A DNA stretch of 64,000 bases. It comes from an uncultured Gemmatimonadales bacterium. GTDB lineage: Bacteria; Gemmatimonadota; Gemmatimonadetes; Gemmatimonadales; GWC2-71-9. The DNA lies in NCBI GenBank assembly GCA_963779755.1, contig CAVZZO010000003.1, positions 512,001 to 576,000 on the forward strand, given 5' to 3'. The notes beneath the pieces were generated by a model that saw only the letters and a list, made by a program, of their open reading frames with translations, was not told the DNA's origin and ran no database searches. Numbering within the stretch: the stretch's first letter is position 1; each line of letters begins with the position of its first letter. The translations under genes and the position numbers were made by a program. Positions 30,254 through 40,141 of the stretch are shown piece after piece.

Positions 30254-31798
30254 TCACAAAGCCGCCCCCGCCATTCGCCGGTCCAGGCTGCGGTACTGGA
30301 TGGCCTCGCTCACATGCGCGGGCGTCAGGGCCTCCTCCCCGGCCAGGTCCGCGATGGTCCGGCCGATCTTGAGCACCCGGTGGTAGGCCCGGGCCGAAAG
30401 CCCGAGCCGGGTGATGGCCGACCGGAGCAGGGCCTCGACCGCATCCGAAATGCGGCAGTACTGCCGGACATCGCGCGCCGCCATATGGGCGTTGGCATAG
30501 ACCCCAGGCTGGCCCCGGAAGCGCTCCCGCTGCAGCTGCCGGGCCGCCTCCACCCGGCTCCGGATGGCGGCGCTGGGCTCCTCGGCGCTGGTGGCGGCCA
30601 GGTCGCGGTAGGCCACGGCCGGCACGGAGAGGTGAATGTCGATCCGGTCCAGCAGCGGGCCGGACACCCGGGCGCGATACCGCTCCACCATCTGCGGGCC
30701 GCACCGGCAGCCATGGACGCCGTCGCCGAAGTAGCCGCAGGGACAGGGATTCATGGCGGCCGCCAGCATGAACCGGGCGGGGTAGGTCAGGCTCACCGCC
30801 GCCCGGCTCAGGGTCACCAGGCCGTCTTCCATGGGCTGGCGCATGACCTCCAGGACGTTCTTCCGGAACTCGGGCAGCTCGTCGAGAAACAGCACACCCC
30901 CATGCGCCAGGCTCACCTCGCCCGGGCGCGGGTTGGAGCCGCCCCCGATGAGACCGGCGTCGCTGATGGTATGGTGGGGCGCGCGGAAGGGACGGATGGC
31001 GCAGAGCGCCTGGCCCGGCGCCAGCAGCCCCGCCACGCTGTGGATCTTGGTGGTCTCCAGGGCCTCGTCCAGGCTCATGCCCGGCAGAATGGTCGGGAGC
31101 CGGCGGGCCAGCATGGTCTTCCCCGCTCCGGGCGGGCCGATCAGCAGGATGTTATGCGCACCGGCGGCCGCCACCTCCAGCGCCCGCTTGGCCGCGGCCT
31201 GGCTCCGAACGTCGCTGAAGTCCACCACGTCCAGCGACCGCTCGGCCATGATGGCGGAGAGATCCACCCGGACCGGCGGGAGGGGGTCCTCGCCGGTGAG
31301 GTGACGGCAGACCTCCTGGAGGGTGCGGGCGCCCCGGACCTCGATGCCGTCCACCACCGCCGCTTCGGTGACGTTGGCCTCGGGCAGCAGGATACCGGCG
31401 GCTCCGGAGTCCCGCGCCGCCAGGGTCATGGAAAGCGCCCCCCGGACCGGCCGGAGGTCGCCCTCCAGGCCGACTTCACCCAGCAGGAAATGCTGGCGCA
31501 ATGGCTCCTGGGGCAGCTGCCCGCTGGCGGCCAGCAGGCCAATGGCGATAGGCAGGTCGAAGGCGGAGCCGTCCTTGCGGACGTCGGCCGGGGCGAGGTT
31601 GACGGTGATGCGCTTGAGCGGGAACCCGAAGCCGGCGTTCTGGAGGGCGGCATTGACCCGCTCCCTTCCCTCCTTCACCGCGCCCTGGGGGAGCCCCACG
31701 GTGGAGAAAGACGGGAGGCCATTGGTGATATCCACCTCGACCTCGACGGGATAGGCGTCGATCCCCAGGACGGCAGCCGAGCGCACGCGGGCAAGCAT
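30254..31798 (-). CDS. comM: YifB/ComM family Mg-chelatase-like AAA ATPase
   Basis: ITVNLAPAD, GPPGAGKT, PFRAPHHT, GVLFLDELPEF, MNPCPCG, LLDRID. Confidence 0.95.
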   Translation of the reverse strand: MLARVRSAAVLGIDAYPVEVEVDITNGLPSFSTVGLPQGAVKEGRERVNAALQNAGFGFPLKRITVNLAPADVRKDGSAFDLPIAIGLLAASGQLPQEPLRQHFLLGEVGLEGDLRPVRGALSMTLAARDSGAAGILLPEANVTEAAVVDGIEVRGARTLQEVCRHLTGEDPLPPVRVDLSAIMAERSLDVVDFSDVRSQAAAKRALEVAAAGAHNILLIGPPGAGKTMLARRLPTILPGMSLDEALETTKIHSVAGLLAPGQALCAIRPFRAPHHTISDAGLIGGGSNPRPGEVSLAHGGVLFLDELPEFRKNVLEVMRQPMEDGLVTLSRAAVSLTYPARFMLAAAMNPCPCGYFGDGVHGCRCGPQMVERYRARVSGPLLDRIDIHLSVPAVAYRDLAATSAEEPSAAIRSRVEAARQLQRERFRGQPGVYANAHMAARDVRQYCRISDAVEALLRSAITRLGLSARAYHRVLKIGRTIADLAGEEALTPAHVSEAIQYRSLDRRMAGAAL

Positions 31799-31980
31799 GG
31801 AGGCCAAGGTGACGCCGACCGGGCCTGCGGCGGGTACCCGGCGGATGCGCGGGGGAGCAAATATGTGCGGGCGGCAAGGCGCGGGGAGGCTGATATTCGG
31901 CGGCTGCGCAAGATGCCCGGCCGGGTGCGCAATTCTCGGGCGAATTTCTGCACTCCGACCTGTTTTCGGGCGGAAATAGC

Positions 31981-31996
31981 GGGCATGAAATCTGCT
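31981..31996 (+). promoter_or_regulatory. Possible sigma-54 promoter
   Basis: GGGCATG-AAAT-CTGCT (GG-N10-GC) about 60 nt upstream of ATG 32055; TGCGCAA repeats further upstream. Confidence 0.4.
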
Positions 31997-32054
31997 TCTT
32001 CCAACAGCACAGGCTGTTCACACCCCGCTCAACCGCAAGTCACTGCACAAGAAC

Positions 32055-32252
32055 ATGGCGCCCGAAAGCCAGATCCCTATCGCTCCCAGCAGCCCCCACG
32101 CCCATGCCGCGTGGCCCCTTGCCGTGATGGCGACTTTCCTGATCCTGATTACCGCCCTGACGGCGCAGTTCGTCCGAGTCACCTGGTTCGCCAACCAGAC
32201 CCCTCCGGCGCAGACCACGGCTGCTACGGTGCAACGGACGGCGTTGAAGTAG
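32055..32252 (+). CDS. Small single-TM protein
   Basis: 65 aa with hydrophobic WPLAVMATFLILITALTAQFV; isolated in an intergenic gap. Confidence 0.55.
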   Translation: MAPESQIPIAPSSPHAHAAWPLAVMATFLILITALTAQFVRVTWFANQTPPAQTTAATVQRTALK

Positions 32253-32342
32253 GACGGCAGGACGGCCCTGAAGGACTTCCTCGCGGCTTTCGATTGTAGG
32301 CCGCTCGGTCGCAGGACGGCAGGACGGGAAGAGAGTCAGTCC

Positions 32343-32996
32343 TCAGTCCCTCTCTCTTTCCGCTCTTTTCGCGCCTTTGAGTCCGGCCAGGATGAATTCG
32401 GTGATCTCTTCCCGGCAGGTCTCCGGGTCGAGCTCCACGCCGCCGCACCCACCCAGCACCAGCCGGATCGATCCCAGCAGCGCCGAGTGCGCACCGAAGA
32501 GCAGGCGTTCGGGAGGCTTATCGGGAAAGAGCCCCTGCGCAATCCCTTCCTGTAACAGCTGGTGCAGCAACTGGCTCAACCCGGTGTCCATCCGGTGGAA
32601 CTCCTGCCGCATGGCGTCCGGCATGCCCCGCCGAAAGTCCTCCCGCTCGCAGAACTGCACCAGACGCTGGTAGGGAGTCTGGTCCAGGTGCAGGTCCCAG
32701 AGAATCCGGATGGTCTCCCGCAGGCGGGCCTCGACCGGGAGGGAGGCCTGTACTCCACGCAGCCGCCGGAGGATGGCCTGCTGGAATTCGAGCGCCAGGC
32801 GGGCGTAGATCTCGTCCTTGCCTGCGAAGTGCTTGTAAACCGTCCCCTTGCCGATGTCGGCCGACTCGGCGATCTGCTCGATGGTGACGGTCTGCCAGTC
32901 GTCCCGGTTGAAGAGCGCCAGCGCCGCATCGAGAATGGCGCGCTCGCGCTGCCGGAACTCCCGGCTGCGGGCTTCGCGCATACCGGCCGGCATCAT
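32343..32996 (-). CDS. TetR/AcrR family regulator
   Basis: ILDAALALF..VTIEQIAESADIGKGTVYKHF..KDEI. Confidence 0.93.
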   Translation of the reverse strand: MMPAGMREARSREFRQRERAILDAALALFNRDDWQTVTIEQIAESADIGKGTVYKHFAGKDEIYARLALEFQQAILRRLRGVQASLPVEARLRETIRILWDLHLDQTPYQRLVQFCEREDFRRGMPDAMRQEFHRMDTGLSQLLHQLLQEGIAQGLFPDKPPERLLFGAHSALLGSIRLVLGGCGGVELDPETCREEITEFILAGLKGAKRAERERD

Positions 32997-35900
32997 GGCC
33001 CGGTCGGGCCGGGGTCGGCCGGGGCGTGGGAGGGCGCCGGCGCCTTCTTCCTGTCCGAGCCCAGCACCTTCCCGATGCGTGCCCGGATGGCGTCGCGCCA
33101 GCCGGCCAGGATCTCGTAGATGGTCGGGATGACAACCAGTGTCAGCAGCGTACTGGTAATGACCCCGCCGATCACGGCCCGGCCCAGCGGCGCCCGGAAA
33201 TCGGCGCCCTCGCCGTGGCCGATCGCGACCGGCACCATGCCGGCGATCAGGGCCAGGGTGGTCATGATGATGGGACGGAGCCGGATGCGGCCGGCCTCGA
33301 TCAGGGCCTCCCGGAGCGGCTGCCCCCGTTCCTCCGCCCACTTGGCGAAGTCGATAAGCAGGATGGCGTTCTTCGCCACGATGCCCATCAGCAGGATCAC
33401 CCCGATCAGGCTCATGATGTTCAGGGTATCGCCGGTGATCCGGAGCGCCAGCACCACGCCGATCAACGACAGCGGCAGCGAGATGAGAATCGCCAGCGGG
33501 TCGAGGAACGACCCGAACTGCACCACCAGGATGAGATACATCAGCAGCACGGCCACACCCAGCGCCGTGAAGATCCGGGTGAACACCTCGTTCTGGTCCC
33601 GGGCCTGCCCGCCCTGGGCGATGGTATAGCCCGGCGGCAGGTTCAGCTTGTCGAGCCGGGCCATGATGCCTTGCACCACCTCGTTGAGCGGCCGGTCCTG
33701 CACGTTGGCCTCGACATTGACCACCTTCTCGCGGTCCACATGATCGATCTGCGCCGGCCCCTCGCCCTGGCGGATGTCGGCCACCTGCCCCAGGGGCAGC
33801 GTCGCGGGGCCGCCCTGGGCGTTGCGGACCACCAGGGGCAGCTGCCGCAGATCGGATTCGCTGACCCGCGCCTCGGGCGCCAGGCGCACGGTGACGTCCC
33901 GGGTTTCCCCGGAGGGATCCACCCAGTCGCCCGCGTCGATGCCGGCGAACGCCGCCCGCAGCGACTGGGCGATCTCGCCCACGGTGATGCCCAGCGTGCC
34001 GGCCAGCCCGCGATTCACGTTCACCTCCAGCTCCGGCTTCTGGCCCCGGTTGCTGAGCCCGATATCCACCGCGCCCGGCACCTTCCGCACTTCCTGCTCC
34101 GCCCGGAGGGCGAGCCGGGTCAGGATGACGGCGTCGGGGCCTTTCATCTGGATCTGGATCTGCTTGAAGGCGCCGCCGAACCCGCTGGTAAAGACGGAGG
34201 CCTGCGCGCCGCCCACCCGCAGCAGCTCGTTCCGCAGCACCCGCCCGAACTCGTCCTGGCTGATGCTGCGGTCGGCCCGGGGCACCATGCGGATGTAGAT
34301 CAGCGCCTGGTCTACCGACGGCGTGTGCATGGGAATGGCGGTGCCCACCTGGGTGAAGGTGTACGCCACTTCCTTGTGCTGCCGGGCGATGCGGGCCATC
34401 TCCTCGGTCTTGCGGATGGTGTAGTCGAGATTCGAGCCCGGCGGCGCCTCGATGATGACGTTGACCTCGCTGCGGTCGCTCACCGGGACGAACCCGGCGC
34501 CGAGTGGTGCGACCACCGGCACCAGCCCGATGCTCACGAAGGCCAGCGCCAGCACACCGACCACTCCCAGCAGACGGAAAGCCCAGTGCCAGGGCCGCCC
34601 CAGGACCAGGACGATGATCGCGACGGCGAGCACCAGCACTCCTGCCGCCAGGATCCCCCGCGCTGGAATCATGATCGCGGCAAAGAAGGCACCGGCGGCG
34701 ATCGCCACCATGGCGGCCCGGTGGTCCAGCGCCCAGGCGATGAGCAGCTTGTAGCGGTCGGCCTGGCGGTCGAACCAGTTGTTGAAGCGCTCCAGCGTGC
34801 GGGCGACGGGGTTCCGCCGCTGGTGCTTCTCCACCTGGGGATCGGGCCAGTAGGCCGAGAGCATGGGGTCGAGCGAAAAGCTGACGAAGAGCGAGACCAG
34901 CACCGCGCAGGCGATGGTGAGCGCGAAGGGCTTGAACCACTGCCCCGCCACGCCGTACATGAACGCCACCGGCACGAAGACCGCCACAATGGAGAAGGTG
35001 GTGGCGGCCACCGCCAGGCCGATCTCGTCCGTCGCGGTGCGGCTGGCTTCGTAGTGGTCTTCGCCCAGCTCGATGTGGCGGACGATATTCTCCCGCACCA
35101 CGATGGCATCGTCGATCAGGATGCCGATGGCGAGCGAGAGACCCAGCAACGACATCGTGTTGAGCGTGAAGCCGAAGGCCCAGACGGCGATGAACGCCGC
35201 CAGCACCGACACCGGCAACGCCAGGCCGGTGATGACGGTCGAGCGCCAGGAGTTGAGGAACATGAAAACCACCAGCACCGTGAGCAGGGCGCCCTCGATC
35301 AGCGCCTCCTCCACGTTCCGCACCGCATGGCTCACCCGCACCCCGGCGTTCTGGACGATTTCGAACTTCACGCCGGCCGGCAGCGTCCGCTGGATGTCCG
35401 CCACCCGCTTTTCGATCTGGCCCGTCACCAGGGTGGTGGAGTAGCCCTTGGCCTTCTTCACTTCGATACCGACGGCCTGCTTGCCGCTGAAATAGGCGGC
35501 GGTCCGCTGCTCCTCGGTGCCGTCCACCACCGTGGCGACCTGCCCCAGCCGGATGAGCTGGTCGCCGCGCTGCGCCACCACCAGCTGCTGGAACTGCTCG
35601 GGCGAATCGAGCCGGCCCTTCAGCCGGATGGACTTCTCCTCCAGGTTCCCGGTGATGTTTCCGACCGGGGCGGCCAGGTTCTGCTGCTGCAGCGCCTGCA
35701 CTACCTGGCTCACGCTCACGCCCGCGGCCTGGAGGTCGGCCGGCCGGAGATCCACGCTCAGCTCCCGCTGGATGTCGCCCACCAGGTTGGCCTCCGCCAC
35801 CCCCTGGACGCTGCGCAGCTCGCGCAGGATGCCGGGATCGGCCAGGCGCGTCAGCGCGGTAGCCGGCAGGGTGTTGGAGGTGAGGGCAATGGAAATCACC

Positions 35901-36316
35901 GCCAACTCCCCCGGGTCGATCCGGCTCAGGATCGGCTCCTTCATTTCCGTGGGCAGGTCGGCGCGCTTGGTGCTGATGGCATCGCGGATGTCCTGCGAGG
36001 CCTGCTGGATGTTCTTCTCGTAATCGAAGAACACCACGAAGGTGGCGAGGCCGTCGGTGGCGTGGGCTTCGGTCTTGGACCAGTCCACCCCGCTGATGGA
36101 GGAGAACGCCTCTTCCAGCGGATCGATGATCTCCCGCTCCACCACTTCGGGCGAGGCGCCCGGATAGGGAATGGTGACGGCGACGACCGGCTGCTGGATG
36201 TCGGGGAATTCGTCCGTCTGCAGGTTGAGCAGGGCCGCAATGCCGAACGCCACCAGCGCGAGCATGGCGGTGACGGTGACGATGGGCCGCTTGATGGCGA
36301 AATCCGAAATGAACAC
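32993..36316 (-). CDS. RND efflux permease (AcrB family)
   Basis: MFISDFAIKRP, GILIDDAIVVRENI, GIVAKNAILL, RLRPIIMTT. Confidence 0.96.
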   Translation of the reverse strand: MFISDFAIKRPIVTVTAMLALVAFGIAALLNLQTDEFPDIQQPVVAVTIPYPGASPEVVEREIIDPLEEAFSSISGVDWSKTEAHATDGLATFVVFFDYEKNIQQASQDIRDAISTKRADLPTEMKEPILSRIDPGELAVISIALTSNTLPATALTRLADPGILRELRSVQGVAEANLVGDIQRELSVDLRPADLQAAGVSVSQVVQALQQQNLAAPVGNITGNLEEKSIRLKGRLDSPEQFQQLVVAQRGDQLIRLGQVATVVDGTEEQRTAAYFSGKQAVGIEVKKAKGYSTTLVTGQIEKRVADIQRTLPAGVKFEIVQNAGVRVSHAVRNVEEALIEGALLTVLVVFMFLNSWRSTVITGLALPVSVLAAFIAVWAFGFTLNTMSLLGLSLAIGILIDDAIVVRENIVRHIELGEDHYEASRTATDEIGLAVAATTFSIVAVFVPVAFMYGVAGQWFKPFALTIACAVLVSLFVSFSLDPMLSAYWPDPQVEKHQRRNPVARTLERFNNWFDRQADRYKLLIAWALDHRAAMVAIAAGAFFAAIMIPARGILAAGVLVLAVAIIVLVLGRPWHWAFRLLGVVGVLALAFVSIGLVPVVAPLGAGFVPVSDRSEVNVIIEAPPGSNLDYTIRKTEEMARIARQHKEVAYTFTQVGTAIPMHTPSVDQALIYIRMVPRADRSISQDEFGRVLRNELLRVGGAQASVFTSGFGGAFKQIQIQMKGPDAVILTRLALRAEQEVRKVPGAVDIGLSNRGQKPELEVNVNRGLAGTLGITVGEIAQSLRAAFAGIDAGDWVDPSGETRDVTVRLAPEARVSESDLRQLPLVVRNAQGGPATLPLGQVADIRQGEGPAQIDHVDREKVVNVEANVQDRPLNEVVQGIMARLDKLNLPPGYTIAQGGQARDQNEVFTRIFTALGVAVLLMYLILVVQFGSFLDPLAILISLPLSLIGVVLALRITGDTLNIMSLIGVILLMGIVAKNAILLIDFAKWAEERGQPLREALIEAGRIRLRPIIMTTLALIAGMVPVAIGHGEGADFRAPLGRAVIGGVITSTLLTLVVIPTIYEILAGWRDAIRARIGKVLGSDRKKAPAPSHAPADPGPTGP

Positions 36317-36346
36317 GTTACCCCCGGACCAGGGCCCGAGCGCCGC

Positions 36347-37522
36347 TCAATGCCCGACCGCCGCGGCGGCGGAATCGGCCGGTGGGGGCGCAGCGGGAGC
36401 TTCCACCTCGATCCGCGCGCCCGACGGAATGCCCTGCGCGGTCCCCGCCAGCACGGTGTCGCCCGCGCGCAGGCCCTGGGTCACTTCAATCATGTCGGCC
36501 AGATCGTCCTGCAGCCCGGTCTGCACCGGCACCCGTTCGACCGTCCCTCCCCGCACCCGCAGCACCGAGGGCGGGCCCGCGCGGGTATCCAGCGCCCGCT
36601 GGGGAACGGCGATGGTCTTGCGCGATTGCAGCGCAACGCGACCCTCGGCGAACAGGCCGGCCGCCAGCTGCCGGTCCGCGTTGGGAATGCGGACGTAGAT
36701 GCGGGCCTGCCGGGTGGCCGGATCGACCACGGGGTTCACCCGCTCCACCGTCCCGCTGAAGCTGCGGTCGCCGAAGCCGGACACGGTAAAGTCCACCGGC
36801 GCCCCGACCCGGAGCCGCGCCAGCGCCGCCGCGGGGACCGAAGCCTCGAGCCGGAGGCTGGACGGATCGACGACGGTTACCAGCGCGGTCCCCGGCTGGA
36901 CCACGTCGCCCTGGTTCACCGGCCGGTCGCTGACCACACCACCGAAGGGGCTCCGCGGCTCGGTATTGGCCAGATTCTTCTCCGCCGTAGCGAGCCGCGA
37001 CTTCGTCTCCGCCAGCGCCGCCTGCGCGTTCTCCGCATTCGCCCTGGCCGTCTCGACATCGCGCTCGGCCACGGCGCCCGCCTGCTGCAGGGCCTGCGAG
37101 CGCTCCAGGTTGCGCTGGGCCAGGGTCGCGGCCGCCTGCGCACTCTGCACCGCCGATCGGGCCGACTGGGCCGCATCGCGAATGGCCGCGGCGTCGATGG
37201 AGAGGAGCGGCGCTCCCCGCGCCACCTTCTGCCCTTCCTCGGCATAGGTGCGCTCCACCGTTCCGCTGACCTGGGAGCGGATGGTGGCGCTGTTCTCGGC
37301 CATGAGCTGCCCCGAGAAGGAGGGCCCGCTCACCACCGTGGTCGAGTCGACCGGCACGACATTCTCCGGGCCCACCACCACCGGGGCCTGCTCCTGCTGA
37401 TCGGCGGCCGGCGCGTGGCCGCCACAGGACCAGATCCCCGGCAGCAGAAGGAAAACGACCGGAAGCGTCCGGCGTGCCAGGGCTGTGACAGTTCGGGTCA
37501 TCGTTCCGCCGATCGTGTTCAT
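36347..37522 (-). CDS. RND efflux periplasmic adaptor
   Basis: Lipobox-like IWSC, lipoyl/hairpin layout, SPFGGVV, NPVVDPATR. Confidence 0.93.
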   Translation of the reverse strand: MNTIGGTMTRTVTALARRTLPVVFLLLPGIWSCGGHAPAADQQEQAPVVVGPENVVPVDSTTVVSGPSFSGQLMAENSATIRSQVSGTVERTYAEEGQKVARGAPLLSIDAAAIRDAAQSARSAVQSAQAAATLAQRNLERSQALQQAGAVAERDVETARANAENAQAALAETKSRLATAEKNLANTEPRSPFGGVVSDRPVNQGDVVQPGTALVTVVDPSSLRLEASVPAAALARLRVGAPVDFTVSGFGDRSFSGTVERVNPVVDPATRQARIYVRIPNADRQLAAGLFAEGRVALQSRKTIAVPQRALDTRAGPPSVLRVRGGTVERVPVQTGLQDDLADMIEVTQGLRAGDTVLAGTAQGIPSGARIEVEAPAAPPPADSAAAAVGH

Positions 37523-39102
37523 GGCCCGGTCTGGCCGGCGCCGGTCTGCGGTGTCACAGCAGGAGCGGTCGTGGCACCCGCCGCGCCGCTGGTGGGCGTG
37601 GTTCCCACCGCTGCCGGAAGATCGGGCAGCAGCGCCAGGCGCACCCGGGCGACCAGGAGATCGCGCGCCGCCAGGGCCCGATTGGCCTCCGCCTGCCGCA
37701 GGGCCAGCCGCGCGTCGGCCAGCTCCGTCTGGGTCGAGATGCCCTCGCGGAACCGGATCTCGGCGATGTCATAGGCGCGGCGTGCCTGCTCCGCGGTGCC
37801 CGCGCTCGCCTCCCACGAGGCTTGCGCCGCTTCCAGCGACAGAACGGCATCCCGGGTGTCGAGCGCCGCCTGCTTCTCCGCCAGCGACAGCCGCAGCCGC
37901 GCCTCCTCCAGATTGGCCTGCGCCACCATCCGCTGCCCATGCAGGCGGCCGCCCTGGAAGATCGGGACGGAGAGCCGGGCGGTGATGGTCCAGTCGGTGA
38001 GATAGCTGCTGTTGAAGGGCAGACCGGACGCGGGAAAGGTGATCTTGGCGTACTGGGAAGACACCGCCAGCGTGGGGAGCCGGGCCCCGGTGGCGGCCTG
38101 CAGCAGCCCCTCCTGGGCGCGCACGCCGGCTTCGGCCTGCCGCACCAGCACCCGGGAAGAGAGGGCGGTATCCGGCTGCGCGGGAAGCTCCAGAGGCAGG
38201 TCCGGGAGCCCCGCCTGGGTCGAATCGCCCAGCGTCGTCGCCAGGACCAGCGGCTGAGCCAGAGAAAGATTGAGCAACTGTTTGAGCCGGTCGAGCGCCA
38301 GCTCATGCTGCGAGCGGCGCTGGATCACCAGCGGCCGCTGGTTATCCCGGTTCACTCGCGCCCGCAGCAGCTCGAACTCCGGCTGGGTTCCGACTTCGTA
38401 GCCTTTCCTCGCATCCTGGTAAGTGCGTTCCGCCTGCGCCAGCGTCTCTTCGGCGATGGCAAGGAGCCGGCCGGCCAGCACGGCGTCGAAATAGGCGCCC
38501 GCCACCGTGAGCTCCAGCTGGGCGCGCTGCGAGCGCAGGACCAGCTCGGCGGCATCGCGGCCGGCGCCCGCCGCTTTCGTCTGGCCAAGGAGCGCGTAAT
38601 CGAAGACCGTCTGACTCAGCGCCAGGCCGAAGTTGTAGGAGTTGGGCTGGCCGAAGGGCAGATTCTGAAAGCTGCCGAACGGATTGACGGTGGAGAGGCA
38701 ATTCACCGCCTGCTCCAGGGAATCCACCCGTTCGGTGATCGGGTTGCCGGTCTGGGGGGTGAAGGTGGGGCAACTCGCCGGCCCCGTGGCAGTGCTGTCG
38801 CTCGAGCCGCTGCGCAAGCCGGAGAACTGGCTCTTCAGGGTGCGGGTGTAGGTGGCGCTGCCGGAGAGTTGCGGCAGCCAGCCGCTCCGCGCCTGCACCT
38901 GGTTGCCTTTCGCCCGGAGTACCCCGGCCTGGGCGATGCCGACGGCTTCATTCCGGCTGCGGGCCAGCTCCAGGGCCTGGGGCAGTGTCAGCCGGGCGGT
39001 ATCGGCCGGCTGCTGGGCGGCCACCCCGCCGGGTACGGTCCACAGCGCCAGCATCACACTGGTGGTCTCCAGCAGTTGCCGCCCCGCGCTCCGGACACTC
39101 AT
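37519..39102 (-). CDS. TolC family outer-membrane protein
   Basis: LTLPQALELA, WLPQLS, SVPIFQGG, RFREGISTQTEL. Confidence 0.92.
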   Translation of the reverse strand: MSVRSAGRQLLETTSVMLALWTVPGGVAAQQPADTARLTLPQALELARSRNEAVGIAQAGVLRAKGNQVQARSGWLPQLSGSATYTRTLKSQFSGLRSGSSDSTATGPASCPTFTPQTGNPITERVDSLEQAVNCLSTVNPFGSFQNLPFGQPNSYNFGLALSQTVFDYALLGQTKAAGAGRDAAELVLRSQRAQLELTVAGAYFDAVLAGRLLAIAEETLAQAERTYQDARKGYEVGTQPEFELLRARVNRDNQRPLVIQRRSQHELALDRLKQLLNLSLAQPLVLATTLGDSTQAGLPDLPLELPAQPDTALSSRVLVRQAEAGVRAQEGLLQAATGARLPTLAVSSQYAKITFPASGLPFNSSYLTDWTITARLSVPIFQGGRLHGQRMVAQANLEEARLRLSLAEKQAALDTRDAVLSLEAAQASWEASAGTAEQARRAYDIAEIRFREGISTQTELADARLALRQAEANRALAARDLLVARVRLALLPDLPAAVGTTPTSGAAGATTAPAVTPQTGAGQTGP

Positions 39103-39159
39103 GCTCGGTTTGACCCCTCGGCCCCGGGATTGATCCCTGGTTCACCTCTGTTACCGGCC

Positions 39160-39176
39160 CGTGACCGCCGGTCACG
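39160..39176. promoter_or_regulatory. Putative TetR operator
   Basis: Perfect 8-1-8 palindrome CGTGACCG-C-CGGTCACG about 60 nt upstream of the tolC-MFP-RND-tetR operon. Confidence 0.6.
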
Positions 39177-39316
39177 CCACCGGGAAAAAAAAGACCGGTC
39201 CTGACATCGGCAGCCTGTACCAGCCGGGAGCCTCCCCCGTCGGCCCAGGAGCGGGGAAGATGGAGGGGGGCAGCCGAGGGGTCAAGGCGGAATAAGGAGG
39301 GACCGGGGACGAGAAA

Positions 39317-40102
39317 TCAGAACGCCAGGGTGAGCACCGAATCCCCCGCCCTCACCACGCCCTGCCCCTCGTGCACCAGGTTCTGCCCGAAGAGGACATT
39401 GCCGTCCGCGCGGCGGTAGGTAGCGAGAGTGGCGAGCGGTTCCTTCCCCTGCTCCGCGGTATCCTGGTTCACCGTCGTCGTCACACAGCGTTCGCAGGCC
39501 TTGGCCCGCCGGAACGACAGCTCGCCGATGCGGATCGCGCCCCAGTCGTCTTCGGCGTAGGGTGCGGCGCCCGTCACCACGAAGTTGGGCCGGAACCGGT
39601 TCATGGGAAGGGGAACGGCGAGGCGGCGGTTCAGGTCGTCGAGGCTGGCCTGTCCGATGAGCAGCAGGGGGAAGGCATCGACGAAGCTGATTCGGTGATT
39701 GCCATACTGGGGATCGAGCGGCCGGACGCTTTGGGCCGGGAGATGTACCAGGCGGGTGGGACGGCCCAGCAATCGGGTAAGCCAGAGTGACGCCTCCGGG
39801 CCGCAATCGGTCACGGAGACCGCATCATTCCACACCCGTACCGTACACGCGGGCCCCGCGCACTCACGCGGAACTTCCAGCGACGGAAGCGCAGGGGCCG
39901 AGAGGTCCAGCGTTTCGCGGCCCAGGCGGGGACGGATCAGCGCCAGCCTGGGCTCGGACCGCTGGGTCAGGAAATCGCCGGCCTCATCCACCACCATCCA
40001 GCGCCGGTCATCGGCAATGCCGAACTCATCCAGGCGGGCTTCCGTGAGGGAGAGGCCGCCGGCGGACTTGATGGGGTAAACGAAGATTTCGGAGAGTTGC
40101 AT
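39317..40102 (-). CDS. MOSC domain protein (YcbX-like)
   Basis: YPIKS, DRRWMVVD, RFRPNFVV, KACERCVTT. Confidence 0.93.
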   Translation of the reverse strand: MQLSEIFVYPIKSAGGLSLTEARLDEFGIADDRRWMVVDEAGDFLTQRSEPRLALIRPRLGRETLDLSAPALPSLEVPRECAGPACTVRVWNDAVSVTDCGPEASLWLTRLLGRPTRLVHLPAQSVRPLDPQYGNHRISFVDAFPLLLIGQASLDDLNRRLAVPLPMNRFRPNFVVTGAAPYAEDDWGAIRIGELSFRRAKACERCVTTTVNQDTAEQGKEPLATLATYRRADGNVLFGQNLVHEGQGVVRAGDSVLTLAF

Positions 40103-40141
40103 CCGGTCTCCAGGTGCGGGCGGCATTCTCAAGTAAGAGAA

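Noticed and set aside
33026..37774. 1582-aa plus-strand ORF and other long antisense ORFs (e.g. 10663-12579, 30314-32299, 58543-61002)
   Set aside because: Shadow ORFs opposite well-supported genes, expected in high-GC DNA.
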